From Callorhinchus milii (Eukaryota): a DNA stretch of 64,000 nt. The notes below the pieces were generated by a model, which was not told the origin of the DNA, ran no database searches, and worked only from the letters and a program-made list of their open reading frames with translations. Location of the stretch: contig NW_024704742.1 in NCBI RefSeq assembly GCF_018977255.1, forward strand, positions 101,496,001 to 101,560,000, given 5' to 3'. The position numbers were made by a program, and so were the translations under genes. Shown here one piece after another: positions 12,401 to 25,744 of the stretch; the stretch's first letter is position 1, and every line of letters starts with the position of its first letter.

Positions 12401-13634
12401 GTGATCTAGAGGCAAAAGAGCTATTACCTCGGCCAAACTGACACCTCTGCTTTGTTGTTTGCTGTCTATGTGGAGGTCAGATAGCTTTAAATCGCCTTGT
12501 GCTTCACATCAGGCGAGTTAAACCCGAATTCCCTATTGAAAGTAAAGTCTTATTGAACAACACACTTTTCGACTCGCGAGAACAATGATCAATGCCAGCA
12601 GAATTTTACTATTGTTGCACTTGACAATATGTGGAAAAAAATGTCAATCATCCTTTTTGAAAATACTCTAAAGTTGAAAATATGGCTACAATGTAGCACA
12701 GAATTATTTTAAAGTGCTTTGCCCTTCCAATCTAGTCATAGCTTTATGAAAAGTATAGCAGAGGATGTAAAACACTATTACCTTCTAAATGATTGTAAGA
12801 TACATGTTTTTCACTGACCTATCTCCAGACAATTTGCAGCTTGATGATTCATGTACTAGCTGGTTAGTTATTTGTGTTAAATTTTAAGATTTCGAAATGT
12901 AAAATTCAGTTCCCAAGATCATAAATGCGCGGTTAACATGTCATCACTTTAGCTCATGGCTAACATTTTACATTGATGTGGTCTCAATGCCAAATATCAG
13001 AGTGTGGCAAAGAGGATGTGATGACTCCTCTTAAAAGTCAGGGCTGGTTCTAAAGTGCAACTTATTCATTAAAGCATTAGAAGTCTAGTATGACTAACAA
13101 GGATTTTTAGCTATCATTCGAAATGTTGGTTAATATGCGGAACTCAACTGCTCAAGAAGATGTAGCATGTTGTACAAAGAGAACAAGGATCTAATTCACA
13201 TCATTAGCCACAGCTAGTGAAGAAGCTTGAATACGTGTCATGCATTTGAGAATTTAAGGGAAGTATGTATAAGGGAAAGGAATATGGCTAAAAGAATTCT
13301 ATGATGAGATACAAAACTTGATGCGTTTGCTTTGTTGGGGTTTACTATATTTGGAATTCACCAACCCCAAATATGACTGCTTTGGCCAACTGAGGAAGGC
13401 GGAAATGAACTCTTCCCTCCCCACTTGCAAATGTTGCAAATTAGATCTCAATAACGTAGTGTGCTTCTGAGCAAGCACATTAGTAAAATTATTATTCATC
13501 CCTAGAACAATTTTAAATTTTTTATAACAACACATTCCACGATAACAAACCCATCGGTGTAAATTACATGTGTCTGAAGACTTTGTGTCTCACCATAGGA
13601 TCATTTTGAAGCAGCAGGATGTTTCAAGATCTCT

Positions 13635-13900
13635 AGATTAGTTTGGATGAAGAAGGCCCTTTGGCCCATCTGATCTCATTCTTCCAGAATACACACCTTA
13701 CTGTCCTCCCATTACAGCATCAAGCCGCTTTTTTAAATGAGTCTTGTCCCCTGGCCTCAACCACCCTTAATGATAACAATAATAACATTTAACCCTGCAC
13801 AGGAATTGAACCCAGGTCCCTTCGTTTGCGAAACGAGTGCTCTAACCACTGAGCTACAGAACTCGCTTCCTGGCAACCTGTGCCAGTAGTTAATACTAGT
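13635..13900 (-). mobile_element. Old CR1 3' fragment containing a head-only SINE (13769-13865)
   Basis: gaaggccctttggcccatc CR1 terminus; the insert has tRNA A and B boxes and a CTT duplication. Confidence 0.7.
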
Positions 13901-14700
13901 AAAAACGTCCGCATAAACTGGAATATTTATGCTACTCATAGACCCAACCAGAAACAACTCTCATGTTCGTATGATGTATAGGAGGGTCTCCCAGTTTCTT
14001 AAGTGTTGAATAACAGTCACCAATGTAGTGTCTGCTAGTCAGTAGTGAACAAATGGCTGCAGCCAGGGTGACTGTTATGAAGGCAACTTGCCACTAAATT
14101 GACCTTTGTGCACTGAGAAAACAAAAAGAAATGGACTTTTGTGCCAGGGTAGCAGTGGACCAGCCTAGAACCTCATTGTGGCTTCTCCATGCGTCAACAA
14201 CCCTCTGTTTCGCAATTGATGCTTTGATGCTTAACTTTTCCCTTGAACTGTTAAAGTAAAAGCAATGAATAACTGTACAAGAAGAAAAATAGAGACCTCT
14301 CAGATAAAGCCTATAACCATAAATGTGACCCTTATTTATCTGCCATTTGTTATTTAAATCTTGACATTCATTAAAAAGGGCGGAGTCCTTGACACTGAAA
14401 CCTTCCCTATTAAACAATTTTGCTGTTTTTTCCAAACATTGGACGCACATTTAAATTGAATCAACCATACCTTCACACTAGATTAGCTGACCTGAATAAT
14501 TCATAAGCAAATTCTTTTATTGTTTATCAGTTTGAAAATTGGTGTTTGCAGACACTTACATGAACTAACACTTCAGCTACAGCCCATAAATTATGACAAA
14601 TGAAGCATGGACAATTTGTGGATTTGTATTTTCATCACATACAATCCGATTTTAAGTAATTTTAGAGAGAATAAGATCCAAACTAAGGTCTTGAGTGATA

Positions 14701-14982
14701 AAGTGAGAGACCTGAATTCAATTCCAGGCAGGGCAAAACCTTGGGCAAGTTTCCTTATTCCACATGCCTAATAATAATCCCTCCAAAACCAAAAACAATA
14801 ATAAATTGGTCATTTTCAATCTACGACGGTTTGTGGGACATTGCTGTGCGCAATTGGCTGCCGCGCTCGCCCACAAATATACAGTCAATTCACTTTACAG
14901 TGTGTTCTGTGAAGCGCTTTGGGACGTCCTCTCGACGTGAAAAGCGCTAAATCAAATGCAAGGATTATTATTATTATTATTA
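14701..14982 (+). mobile_element. Young SINE, short variant, 5'-truncated
   Basis: Near-identical to the corresponding part of 36660-36986. Confidence 0.93.
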
Positions 14983-15231
14983 AAGTACAGAGTTAAGGAC
15001 ATGGTTAAGTCAATATATCTTACGCCTAAAATTGCCATTGCCTCAACCTGTAAGAGTATTTTGCTATAAAATGTAACATTACACAGAACTGTGGAAAATT
15101 CAACAATTCAAACTTAATTTGGAAGCCATTTCTTTTCAAGGTCTGTGGGAAAACTGATTGCAAATTAATAATGAATGCAAGAATTTCCACACATCTGAAT
15201 GATCTTAACATTTAAGATAAAATCATCTCAA

Positions 15232-15444
15232 TATAATATAATAATGATAATCCTTGCATTTGATATAGCGCTTTTCACGTCTTCTCTACATCTCAAAGCG
15301 CTTCACAGAATAGACTGTAAAGTGAATTGACCGTATATTTGTGGGCGAAACGTGGCAGCCAATTGCGCACAGCAGTGTCCCACAAACAGTCATGGATTGA
15401 AAATGACCAATTTATTATTGTTTTGTTTTTTGAAGGGATTATTT
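15232..15444 (-). mobile_element. SINE 3' half
   Basis: Near-identical to the SINE 3' half; inverted relative to 14701-14982. Confidence 0.9.
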
Positions 15445-15589
15445 GATAAGACTAGGAGGAAATTTGGACCTTTTATTTTTTCAAACAAATCAAAAAACTA
15501 GATGCTTCTTTATTATATTAATGTAGTTAGTTTAGATTAACAACCAATAATTAAATAAAATTGCATGGTTTAGCACCATACATTATATA

Positions 15590-16049
15590 TAATAATAATC
15601 CTTGCATTTGATATGGCATCTTATCACGTCTTTGAGACATTTCAAAGCACTTCACAGAATATACTGTAAAGTGCAGTGACTGTATATTTTGTGGGCAAAA
15701 TGCGCCAGCCAATTGCACACAGTAGTGTCACACAAACAGTTGTGGATTGAGTGATCTAATTATTTTTTTTATTATTTATTTATTTGGGAGGGATTAATAC
15801 CCGCAGAAAAGCGATCCGCCAATCGACTAACAACCAGGTTCCTACTTACTGCTAGGTAAACAGAATCATGTGGAGTAACAAAAATTGATGATCATTCACC
15901 CTGCCCGGGAATCGAACCCAGATCCTCTCACTTGCGAGGCACATGCTCTAACACCAACAACAACTTGCACTTATATAGCGCCCTCCAAGTAGAGTAGTTT
16001 CTCAGAACACTTTATGGTATCTGAACTAACCACTAAACTACAGGTCTCC
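15590..16049 (-). mobile_element. Full-length long-variant SINE with an L2 tail inserted at 15953-16025
   Basis: Head split by a (CAA)n-tailed L2 fragment flanked by CTAAC at 15948-15952 and 16026-16030. Confidence 0.88.
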
Positions 16050-17799
16050 ATAATTTGCGGTTCCATAATGCAAATTTGCCTTGAGATGCTTTTATAATGA
16101 AATTTCTCTTGAACATCATAAATCTATTAACTCAATTATCACTGTTTTACAATTCCATGAAGAATATTTGTATTACTCGAGAGATGTGAACCTGAAAGGG
16201 TATAAGCCATATAAATGTTTACAAAATGTAAGAAAAACATATAAGGTGTCCTTTCACCTCAGGGACCAAAGCTTGATACCAAACCCAATCTAATGGATTA
16301 AAGTCTTTTCTCTCTGGTGACTTTAAAGGGTACTAAATGAACAGTCTTAATTCAATTCCCAGTAAATGCAGCACAAATCTATTCATAATATAACACTAAT
16401 TGGGAAGTGTCACTGCAAAAGGCCATTAAGATGGCTGATAACAGGAATGAAAAATGTCACGCTGCTCAAGTAAAAAGGTGCAATCTCTTGAGTCTGCAGG
16501 CAAGGTGTTGCTGGGTCAGTAAGGGAGGAGTTTCTGTTGAATCTCATAAATGTTGCACCTGAACTGGGAGCGTTTGAAATTAAAGCTGCTTGCAAAGCAT
16601 TAAACGATATTGCATTTTTATTTTTCACAAACATGACTTGAGGGGAACACAATTGCCATCCAATTTTTTTGATGTGAACAAAAGTTAAAAATCAAATAAA
16701 ATCTTTATAATACAGGAATACAGGTTAACAAAACTTTATAATACAAGTTAACAAAACTAAGTGCACTATGCCAGAAGAAGGGTTCTTCAGAAGACTACAC
16801 TGGGTCCATTTTATCTTGATTCTACAGTGATTTTTGACTCCTGATATCTAGGTGCCTATTTTATGCTATTAATGAAAGATGGAGTTAAAAGTGGAATTGT
16901 TCGATCATTGCTACAAAAGTAAGACAATTGAATCCCTTAAAAGATGCCGCCTTATAAACCTAGTTCACTTATAAGACAGGTACCATACTGACTCGCTGCT
17001 GGTTTCAATGGACGGCTGGCTTCTCACATGCCAGCTGTCTTCTCATGAGCTAAAAGATGTCCAACTTCCTAGTGGTAACGTTGCTGCCAATATAATTTCC
17101 TGCGTACAGAAAGTGACATCAGTGTGAACCTTATGATTGAAATCTTGGCCATTTTTAAACACGCAAAGCTTCCTGCAAGTTACACACATGCGCCCAAACA
17201 AAGTATATGATAATGACCTGATAACCTGTCAGTCGGCCATGTTTTAGCCAATGAGCTTTCTGTGCACATGCGCACTGCACTGATCATCACTGATCTTGAT
17301 TGCACCCCATTGTGAAGCAGGTTAGACAACCAAATAGTGCCTTGTAACAGGGTTCTACTATACATTAGCAATACTGTACATAATTTGTAAACATATTTGA
17401 CGTGTGTCCACAAAACACACAATCACTACACTTTACAGTAAATTCTGGGAAGCACTATGGAGCATCCTCCCGACATGAAAGGTGCTATACCAAATATAAG
17501 GATTTTTATTATTATTATTGTTTTTATTACTATACTATTAGATTACTATGCAATGAAATTGTTGTAGCCTTGCAAAGTTAAGTTTTCACTGAGCAAGAGT
17601 AGCTGATCACAGGTACCTGGATTTGCAATGTTTCGTAACAGGATTTATTAATCAAGAAATCTGAAACCATTGATGCCAATTCACAGGAACACACCAATTC
17701 AATCCATTATCAGAGTGGGTTTTACACTCAAGCCAGTACGCACAGGATTACAGTTACCAGAATAAGAATTAAGAAATCCCATTCAAAAATAGAGTAAAA

Positions 17800-18395
17800 T
17801 TATTTGCAATTGATATAGTAATAATAATCCTTGCATTTGATATAGCGCTTTTCACGTCGGGAGGACGTCCCAAAGCGCTTCACAGAATATACTGTAAAGT
17901 GAATTGACTGTATATTTGTGGGCGAACGCGGCAGCCAATTGCGCACAGCAATGTCCCACAAACAGTCGTAGATTGAAAATGACCAATTTATTATTGTTTG
18001 GGTTTTGGAGGGATTATTATTATAGCGCCTTATCATATCATCGAGACATTTGAAAGCATTTCACAGGGAATACTGTAAAATGTATATAATGAATGTGTAT
18101 TTTGTGGGAGAAATATGGCAGCCAATTTTGCTCACAGCAATGTCCCACGAACAGTTATGTTGACCAGGAGAAACGCTTTTTAGTGTCATGGGATCTTTAA
18201 TGTGCATTTGAACAAGCAGAAAGGACCATGATTTAACATTTCATCTGAAGAATGCCACCGCCAAAAATGCAACACACCCCAAGCACTGCATTGCCATGTC
18301 AGGTTAGACTATGTGATTCCAGTCCCAATGTGGGGTTCGAACCCACAACCTTCTAACTCAGAGGCAAGAGTGCTACCACTGCACCAGGCTGACAC
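17800..18395 (-). mobile_element. Older Deu-domain SINE with a young SINE (17819-18021) inserted in its tail
   Basis: ATAG duplicated at 17815-17818 and 18022-18025. The outer element has a B box (GGGTTCGAACCC) and a Deu body. Confidence 0.85.
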
Positions 18396-19972
18396 ACCAT
18401 GGCACCATTCAAAAAGAGAAAATTGGCATCAATTTTATCTGGGGGATTGTTTCTGGAAGAAACTCCCTCATATTTAAGAAAGTGCCAAGGAATCTTCAAC
18501 GTCCACTGGAACAAGCAGTTTGCCTCATCTAAAGGAAGATACCTCTCCCCAGCTACCAAAAGTTGCTACGCTTGGCTGTGTTTGCTTGTGAAGTGCTTTT
18601 CAACTTAATAAGACTTCAAAAAAGCAAGTTCTTTTTATAAAATAATATAGTTAGCACATGGGAAATTGAGAAAATCTGTCATTTCAAATGAATTGCGTGG
18701 TACTAAAATATCAGGGGGAGGCATTTTCTTCACACATTTCATGCTAACACCAGCTATCAACAAAGTAATGGGAATTTCACGGGTAAGTGAGCAGTCGCTC
18801 TTAATAACACATTACTGCATGACTGTATCATTTCATTAAAGCAGTAATTAAAGGTCCCTGGAGTTGGATTTACTTAGCGTTAATTAGTAAACATGTCATA
18901 CCATTTGTTGTTCATTGCTGATTTTTTTCCAGAATGAGTCCCTTGCATCTGTGTATAAAAATAGTGTGATTGAAGAAATATGTCTTGTAAGGAACATTGA
19001 GACAGACAGTATGTTTGAATTGGCTTGCAGTCCTGACGTTCACACAGCTGAAATTTTGCCAAGAGATACTTGTTATCAGTTGATTACATAGTACATCAGG
19101 CATGTGGTTCTAATAAATAATGTTACCATTATTCTTTGCCATTTTCCTCTAATAGGTTTATTTTTTTCCTTATTTATATATTATCCTATATATTTTCGTG
19201 GAAGATTGAGAAACATTTTTGGTCATTTGGTCAAAATCCTGGTGAATGTATATAATATAAATTATATAATTAGGTGAGAAAATGGCAAATTATGCTTCAT
19301 TTTTGAGAAAAGATAATTTGTTTTAATATTTATAATAATAAAAATAATCTGTGCATTTGATATAGTACCTATAATGTGGAGTAATCTCAAAGCACTATCA
19401 AACCAGTTTGTGCACAGTAAAATCTCACAAGTAAGCATAGAGTAGAGATTTATCAGTATTTATTTCTGCTCATCAAGTTGAGCAATATTAATAGTAAGTA
19501 ATACCTTATAATAATTTAGACTTATTCTATTTACTTAGTACTGTATTTCGGAGAGTTCAAAATTTAACATATTGTTAAATACCGTCATCATTTTGAAGCT
19601 TTTTTTCTGTCAATTGTGTTGGGAATAACAGAAACCTGAAATAATCCTTGATATAGAACCTATACATCTCATAACTAATAATTTCAACAGTATCATAAAT
19701 TTAGAAATAAACACTGACAATAATAATAATAAATAATAATAATAATAATCATCCTTGCATTTGATATAGGGCTTTTTCACGTCTTCAAGAGGAGTGGCAC
19801 AAAAGACCCTAAATTTACATTTCACACAGATTAAGTACAAGGACGGTTGGTGTGGGAAATTAAGAGATACAGATTGATACATCCCAGCACCCTTGGAACA
19901 GAATAGCTTTGCTTTGAATCTAGCTTATGCTATGTTACACCTTCACTGCAAGTGCCTCATGCAAATATGAGA

Positions 19973-20309
19973 AGGTGCCAACCTGGCTCAGTGGGGAACA
20001 CTCTCACCTCTGAGTCAGAAGTTTATCAATTCAGTACCCACTTCAGGACTTTGAATTCATTTACTCTAGGCTGACTGCTTTGTTGTAGCTACTGTTGTTC
20101 AGATGAGATGTTAAACCAAGCTCCTAATCGGGTGAATGTTAAAAATCCCATGGCAAAAAGAAGGGAATTTCTCCTGTAAAGTGAATTGACTATATATTTG
20201 TGGGCGAAATGTGGCAGCCAAATTACGCACAGCAGTGTCCCACAAACAGTCATGGACTGAAGTGACCAATTTATAATTTTTTTTCTTGAGGGATTATTAT
20301 TAGGCGTCC
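19973..20309. mobile_element. Deu-SINE 5' part (19973-20175 +) joined to a young SINE fragment (20174-20309 -)
   Basis: tggctcagtgg head and cagatgagatgttaaacc Deu motif, followed by an inverted SINE body. Confidence 0.78.
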
Positions 20310-21199
20310 ACATAAGGTGTGGACTGTACAGTTTCACTGCAGATAGCATTTAATTTTCAGGATTTTGAGTTATTCAAAAGGGGAATTATTAGTCATTACA
20401 TGAGCTGTGGTTCAGTAGGAAACATCAATGCATTTAATAGGAAGCTCAATGTAATCACAAGGGAAAAAGGAAAGGAGGGAGAAGGGGTTGAGGCTCATGT
20501 GGAGCATAAACATCAGCTATGTCGGATTAGTTGGTTTGAAAGGCCTATTTCTATGCTGTACAGTTTATGCACACTGAGAAGGGCGCTATATAAATGCAAG
20601 TTGTTGTTGTTATGTAATTCTATACCTTCTCTGATTTGGAAGAAAAATGGATCAAACTATCAGTTGTCCAGCAATTGTCATAGAATTTCCTTTTGTTTAC
20701 ATGCATGTATCCAAACCAAATCATTTCAGCAGTTTGAATATGGTAAACTCCGACAATGACTTGTTTTACCGAATTAGCAGAGCTCCAGATGCTCATGAAT
20801 TTTTATGCTCTATTTTTACTGCTGGAAGCGATTTAAAATGACTCAGAACAAAAACTTGATTTATATTTGCCACTACCATTGGCCAGAGGCTGAGAGTTCT
20901 GTTTATATGGAACTGAGCTCATATGCAGAGTTCTGGTGCCAAACATCACCTATTTATTCAATGTTATGAAAGATCTGGGAGTGTGACCATCTGAAAATAT
21001 TTAATCCCTTTTTTTTTGCATTCTTCTACAAGGGATGTTCCATAATAAGCTCACATCAGCACATTTGGCATATTGACAGCAGAATTAGATGTGATTAGCT
21101 CTCAAGATTTTCCAACAGTCCAGGTACTCACCCCTACACAGTCACTACACTTAACAGTAAATCCTGTGTAGCACTTTGAGACGTCCTCCTGATGTTAAG

Positions 21200-21440
21200 G
21201 ACACTAAAAGATAGGTTTAGAGTTGTAAAGTGTAATTTCAGGGCAGTCATTAGGAAGTTATTTTTTATGCAGGGGGTAATTAATGACTGGAACATTTTAC
21301 TATGAAAGGTGTTTGAGGCCAGCACTGGACTCATTAAAAAACAGCTTGATGCTGTATTGGGAGAAATGGGTGGGTGTTCTTGAGGGATGAGATCAGATGG
21401 GGTTAAGGGCCTTCTTTATCCAAGCCAATCTGATGATAAT
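21200..21440 (+). mobile_element. Old CR1 3' fragment
   Basis: attaggaagttattttttatgcagggggtaattaatgactggaac (RKxFFxQxVIxxWN-like) and a CR1-like terminus. Confidence 0.65.
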
Positions 21441-22124
21441 GTGATATCAAATATAAGAATCATGATTTTTCTTCTTCTTCTCAAGCATCACAAAAGAGCA
21501 ATGCTATGGCCCATGAGGGTTCTGTTACATTTCACCCCCATGCTGTTGGGGTTTCCATATATATACAGGAGGATGCTTCCTGTCACTATGATTGCGCTGC
21601 CAGTACCGGAAAGAACACTGAAGGCTACTAAGAGCACCAAGAGGCACAAAAGCTCTAGACATAAGTCAGCACTAACTTATGTCTTAACAGTGCCACCGGC
21701 TATGGCATTTCCTATGATCAAAGCAGTCTGCAACTTTCATCCTCTTTTCTCACACACACTGCTGGTGACTGGCAGACTGATTTTTCATTCTAACCACAAA
21801 TAATTTAAGTCTCTCAAGCCCTTGTTTCACTATCTTGCGGAATGCTTCTAGGGTTAAAACGAAATGAAAGCCTGACATCCTTCAAGTTAACAATCAATTT
21901 TACTTTCTGAATGCACGTATTATCAGATTAATTTTTGTAGACGGCACCTGGCTCCTCTCAGCTCTGCCAATTGTATGTTGATTATTAATTACATGACTGA
22001 CATCTACTAGTGGATTTCATGAATCAATATACAACACAACAACAACAAAATTACATTTATACAGCGCCTTTCACGTCGGGAGGACGTCCCAAGACTATAC
22101 ATAAGAAGAACACTTTCAAATTGC

Positions 22125-22720
22125 TTCTTTTGTGGTCAGTCGGGTGTCTGACAATGCAGAAACCCATCACCATGCTCAAGAGTATCCAAACCAAACTGAG
22201 AATTCCATGCATCCCACTTCCACATGGAAATTCCAGACATAGATTGTTGGAATGGAATGCGCACACTCTCCCTCGAGGGACGCCTCCTGCTTTACACAAT
22301 TCCGTAAAGTATTAAGCGCAGGTTGACCAAAGCCAAGACTTAGGGACCCCAAAATATGTGTTGGGGTACTGCTGGAGTCTAACCAGCTAAAGCTATAGCT
22401 TGGCATTGATACTGCTGTCTAGCAAGGGTCTCTGCTGCTTGTTCAACTAGGACCACCCTACCCATTAGGGCTTTGGCTTGCAGGGTTAACCAAAACTGAG
22501 TGGGATGATTCCCTGCCCACAGTTACCTGTATGCCCTTCCAAGTCCTTCCGAATGAGCTGTGCCCTGCGCAAGTCCATCAGCTGTGCCCTGGAGTACTGC
22601 AGACTCACCTGGCTCAGGAACCAAACTACTAAGACCGCCACAGAGGGCTGGCTCGATTCTAACATTCCGTTGCCAAACATGTCACCTTGGAGCCAGTTCA
22701 GCAGCAAAACACTGCTCAGA
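22125..22720 (+). repeat. Unclassified interspersed repeat (family X)
   Basis: Homologous to 44670-45230 (-), 34487-34580 (-), 23725-23783 (+) and 27975-28020 (+). Confidence 0.8.
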
Positions 22721-23573
22721 TCACAAAGATGTTTATTTGAGTGCCAACTGAATAAATGGATATCCTCGTCTGCTGCACTCAGATGCTGCCTCCAATATAT
22801 CATATTGTGTTCGATCTGCATCCAAAATATTAAAATGATGCTGAAACAGTCAATTTTAATGCAGGAAAGTCAGGAAAGGGGTTACTGAGTCTGGTGATAA
22901 TTATCAATGGTCATAAAATTGTGACATTTCATAATGCGATCAATGGGATCAGGTCATATTCCATTTCCCCCTACCCACCCTTCCCTGAAAAACAAATTGT
23001 CCTTCTGTGTCTATCAACAAGCCAATTATGAATAATGGTGATTGTAAGTGTGGGTAGACAATGTGAAGATTCATTCCATTAACTAAGGAGTTAGAGAGAA
23101 TTGTTTCCGAACTTTACCTTAGGTGACTCACTGATCAAGCAGACTTTGCATGGCCGAGGGAGGGTTTGTGCCTTATGAATAAAATGGCCTTTACTTTTTT
23201 CATGCATTTTTCATGTTCTTGTGTTATAACACTGGATAAATTAGTTTTGTTTTTTTGCAAATTCCCACTAGAAAATCTCTGGACTGTTTTGATGATGACA
23301 ATAGCTAAGCAACATCATCTAATATGACAGCATTTCTGGCAGTAGTGTACATGTGTCCTGAGGCACGTACAACAAATGTTACATTGTCCAAAACAAAAAT
23401 GATCTTGTCAAAGCAAGGGCTAAAGGTTCACAGAATAATACTGTTCATTAAAAATGAGTACCGATGATAACTGCTGGAATGACGATCATGGTAAGAGAAT
23501 GCACATATTAAAAGGGAGATTTCAGTCCTCATCTTTAATGATAATGATCCCATGACAACAAATATAAGATGTT

Positions 23574-23587
23574 ATGCCCTCTGCTGG
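23574..23587 (-). promoter_or_regulatory. CTCF-like motif
   Basis: CCAGCAGAGGGCAT matches the core consensus CCASYAGRKGGCRS at 13 of 14 positions; motif only. Confidence 0.3.
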
Positions 23588-25256
23588 AGTTCACTCCAAG
23601 CATTGACGAGGTACAATTTTCCTGCTTTTATGAGATACTTCAGAGAGCAGTGAAGTGGCCTTAGGAATACACCAACCACGATAAGTCCTGATCCTCAGTA
23701 ATTCTACCACACAGTGCAAAGCAAGGAATGCACACTCTCCCTGGAGGGACGCATCCTGCCTACCTAATTCCAGAAAATATTAGCAAGTGTCAAGGCAAAC
23801 ATGTCAATGATTACTACACAGTATGGTGTCATCCAGAATGCACCATTGCACGACAACATTACATAATGTTCTCTGGTTCAGCTGGGTTCTACTGGCAGAG
23901 AAGCATAGCACTTTGCTATTCCACTGTGCAAACTGATCAGAACCTGGTAACCCTCCTCCTCACAGCTCTAGAATATAAGTGTTCAAGGCTCCCTCATGTA
24001 CTCTAAGGGTCAGTCATCTGAGGGTGGGGGGTAGTGGGGGTGAGGGGAGCAGTAACAAGGAGAACAGTGACTGATATGTCACTATAAATAGTTAGCAAAC
24101 TAGGGAGAATACCTAGACTAATGGTTCTCTGAAGGGTTGATGAACCGATTTTTCACACCCTTGTTGTAAACATGCATGTAGACATTTTAATTAACATTAT
24201 TGTACAAATATCTTATAGTTTTCAAAATCACTCATGTTTAATCCCTTTATTAATCTGTACACCTTTTCGCAGGACTATTGACTTTTCGCAGGACTATATG
24301 ACTATTACACTGCAAGATGTCCATTTAATAGAGCAACTCTGCTTTCTGCACATCCAGTAAAGATTGTGAGTTTCATAAATGTCCTTGTAGACAAGAAAAA
24401 TGTAGGACTCAATCATTTACAAATCTTTTACATATTATATGCTGCTTGGTGATTACATTTAAATTATTAAAATGTATTTTCAAAGCTTTTGCAAAGCTAT
24501 TTTTATATGTTATATATTGCTCATTTACAACATTATTTGTATAATTTCAAAATGTGTAACAAAATAGCAATGAATTTGACCTTACAGCAAATAAATATAT
24601 TAAAACATTTGCTGTATATGTGTTAAATGGATTGTTCTTAATTAATCTTTGCCTGTTTTATTTATTTTTCATTGTATTATTATTTTTATGTTCATAACAT
24701 GAACTTTACATTGCAAACACTTTTTTAAAGAAAACTTAACACTGTAACCCCTTCTAAACATAAAATAAAACAAATGCTTCAAGACGCTACCAACCGTGAA
24801 GGGTGCTGTATAAATGCAAGCTGTTATTGATGCTGCTGAACACTATACTCAATTTAATGGTCTACATTAAGTATTACATTTATGACTCAACTGCAGATCA
24901 GAAAAAACAGGAGAAAATAAGATAGGCATTCTTCAATTTTTTTACTTAATAGAATTATAAACTAATTTATATCGAAATTTAACCTATAATCTATTACCAA
25001 GATTTTTCTCTAGAGCATTGTTCCGGCACTCAACTTAGCTTCATCCCAGGACCGGGGTATCTTGTTGCAAAATGCATGTCTTGTGTGTTAAAAACTTTCA
25101 TGTGCTGTAATACAATCATTCTGATGGTATAAATTATGTTCAAAATGCTTGCCTTGCCTCAAAGTAATAACGTATGGGGAAAAAATTCAAGAGATCAGGT
25201 GAATGAATAATACCTTACATAAGAGAGGACTATTTACTGCCAAGAAACTACATATA

Positions 25257-25381
25257 GGGGGTGATTCTTCACTGGCAAGCACATTTACTAACCTTGAAGG
25301 TGTGAAGTTATAATGGAAATCAAATAAACAGCTGACACCACCAAGGTTGGTAAGTTTGATGGTCAGCAGAAAATCACCTCC
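25257..25381. mobile_element. Palindromic MITE-like element
   Basis: Nested inverted arms: GGGGTGATT.TTC/GAAAATCACCTC, ATTTACTAACCTTG/CAAGGTTGGTAAGT and GGTGT/ACACC. Confidence 0.65.
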
Positions 25382-25744
25382 GAGCGATCAAATAAAAGTG
25401 CAACAAGATGGAAACAATTTCTGATCCCCAGTCACCCTTGAGCTTGTCTTTTCTCTGTTCACTTCTTCTTTGAATAGTTGCTTTGTGAATATAATCCTTC
25501 CAAACAATGAGGTAGAATTTGGTTGCAGACAGAGATGCAGCATATGTGTGTGATAGAAGAGATAAGCAACATTGACATTTCTTCTCTCATACAATAATAA
25601 CATTATGTGTACGAGAGGAGATGCCAACGTAACCTATGACATTAGAAACAATGACCTTTATGTAAAAGCAACAGGTGAGTAGTTTCTCTCAAATAATCTC
25701 AGTGTAAATGTAAAAGCCTTTCTGTTGCTCTAATTCTATCCATT

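Noticed and set aside
16700..16757. Short tandem duplications (also 24263-24303, 28505-28528, 34995-35047)
   Set aside because: Ordinary slippage products.
18680..18900. AT-rich homeobox/Sox-motif stretches resembling conserved non-coding elements (also 9400-9800, 41380-41700)
   Set aside because: Cannot be separated from background without cross-species alignment.
24020..24048. G-rich runs as G-quadruplexes (also 9659-9680 on minus and 62066-62108)
   Set aside because: Common low-complexity tracts with no supporting context.
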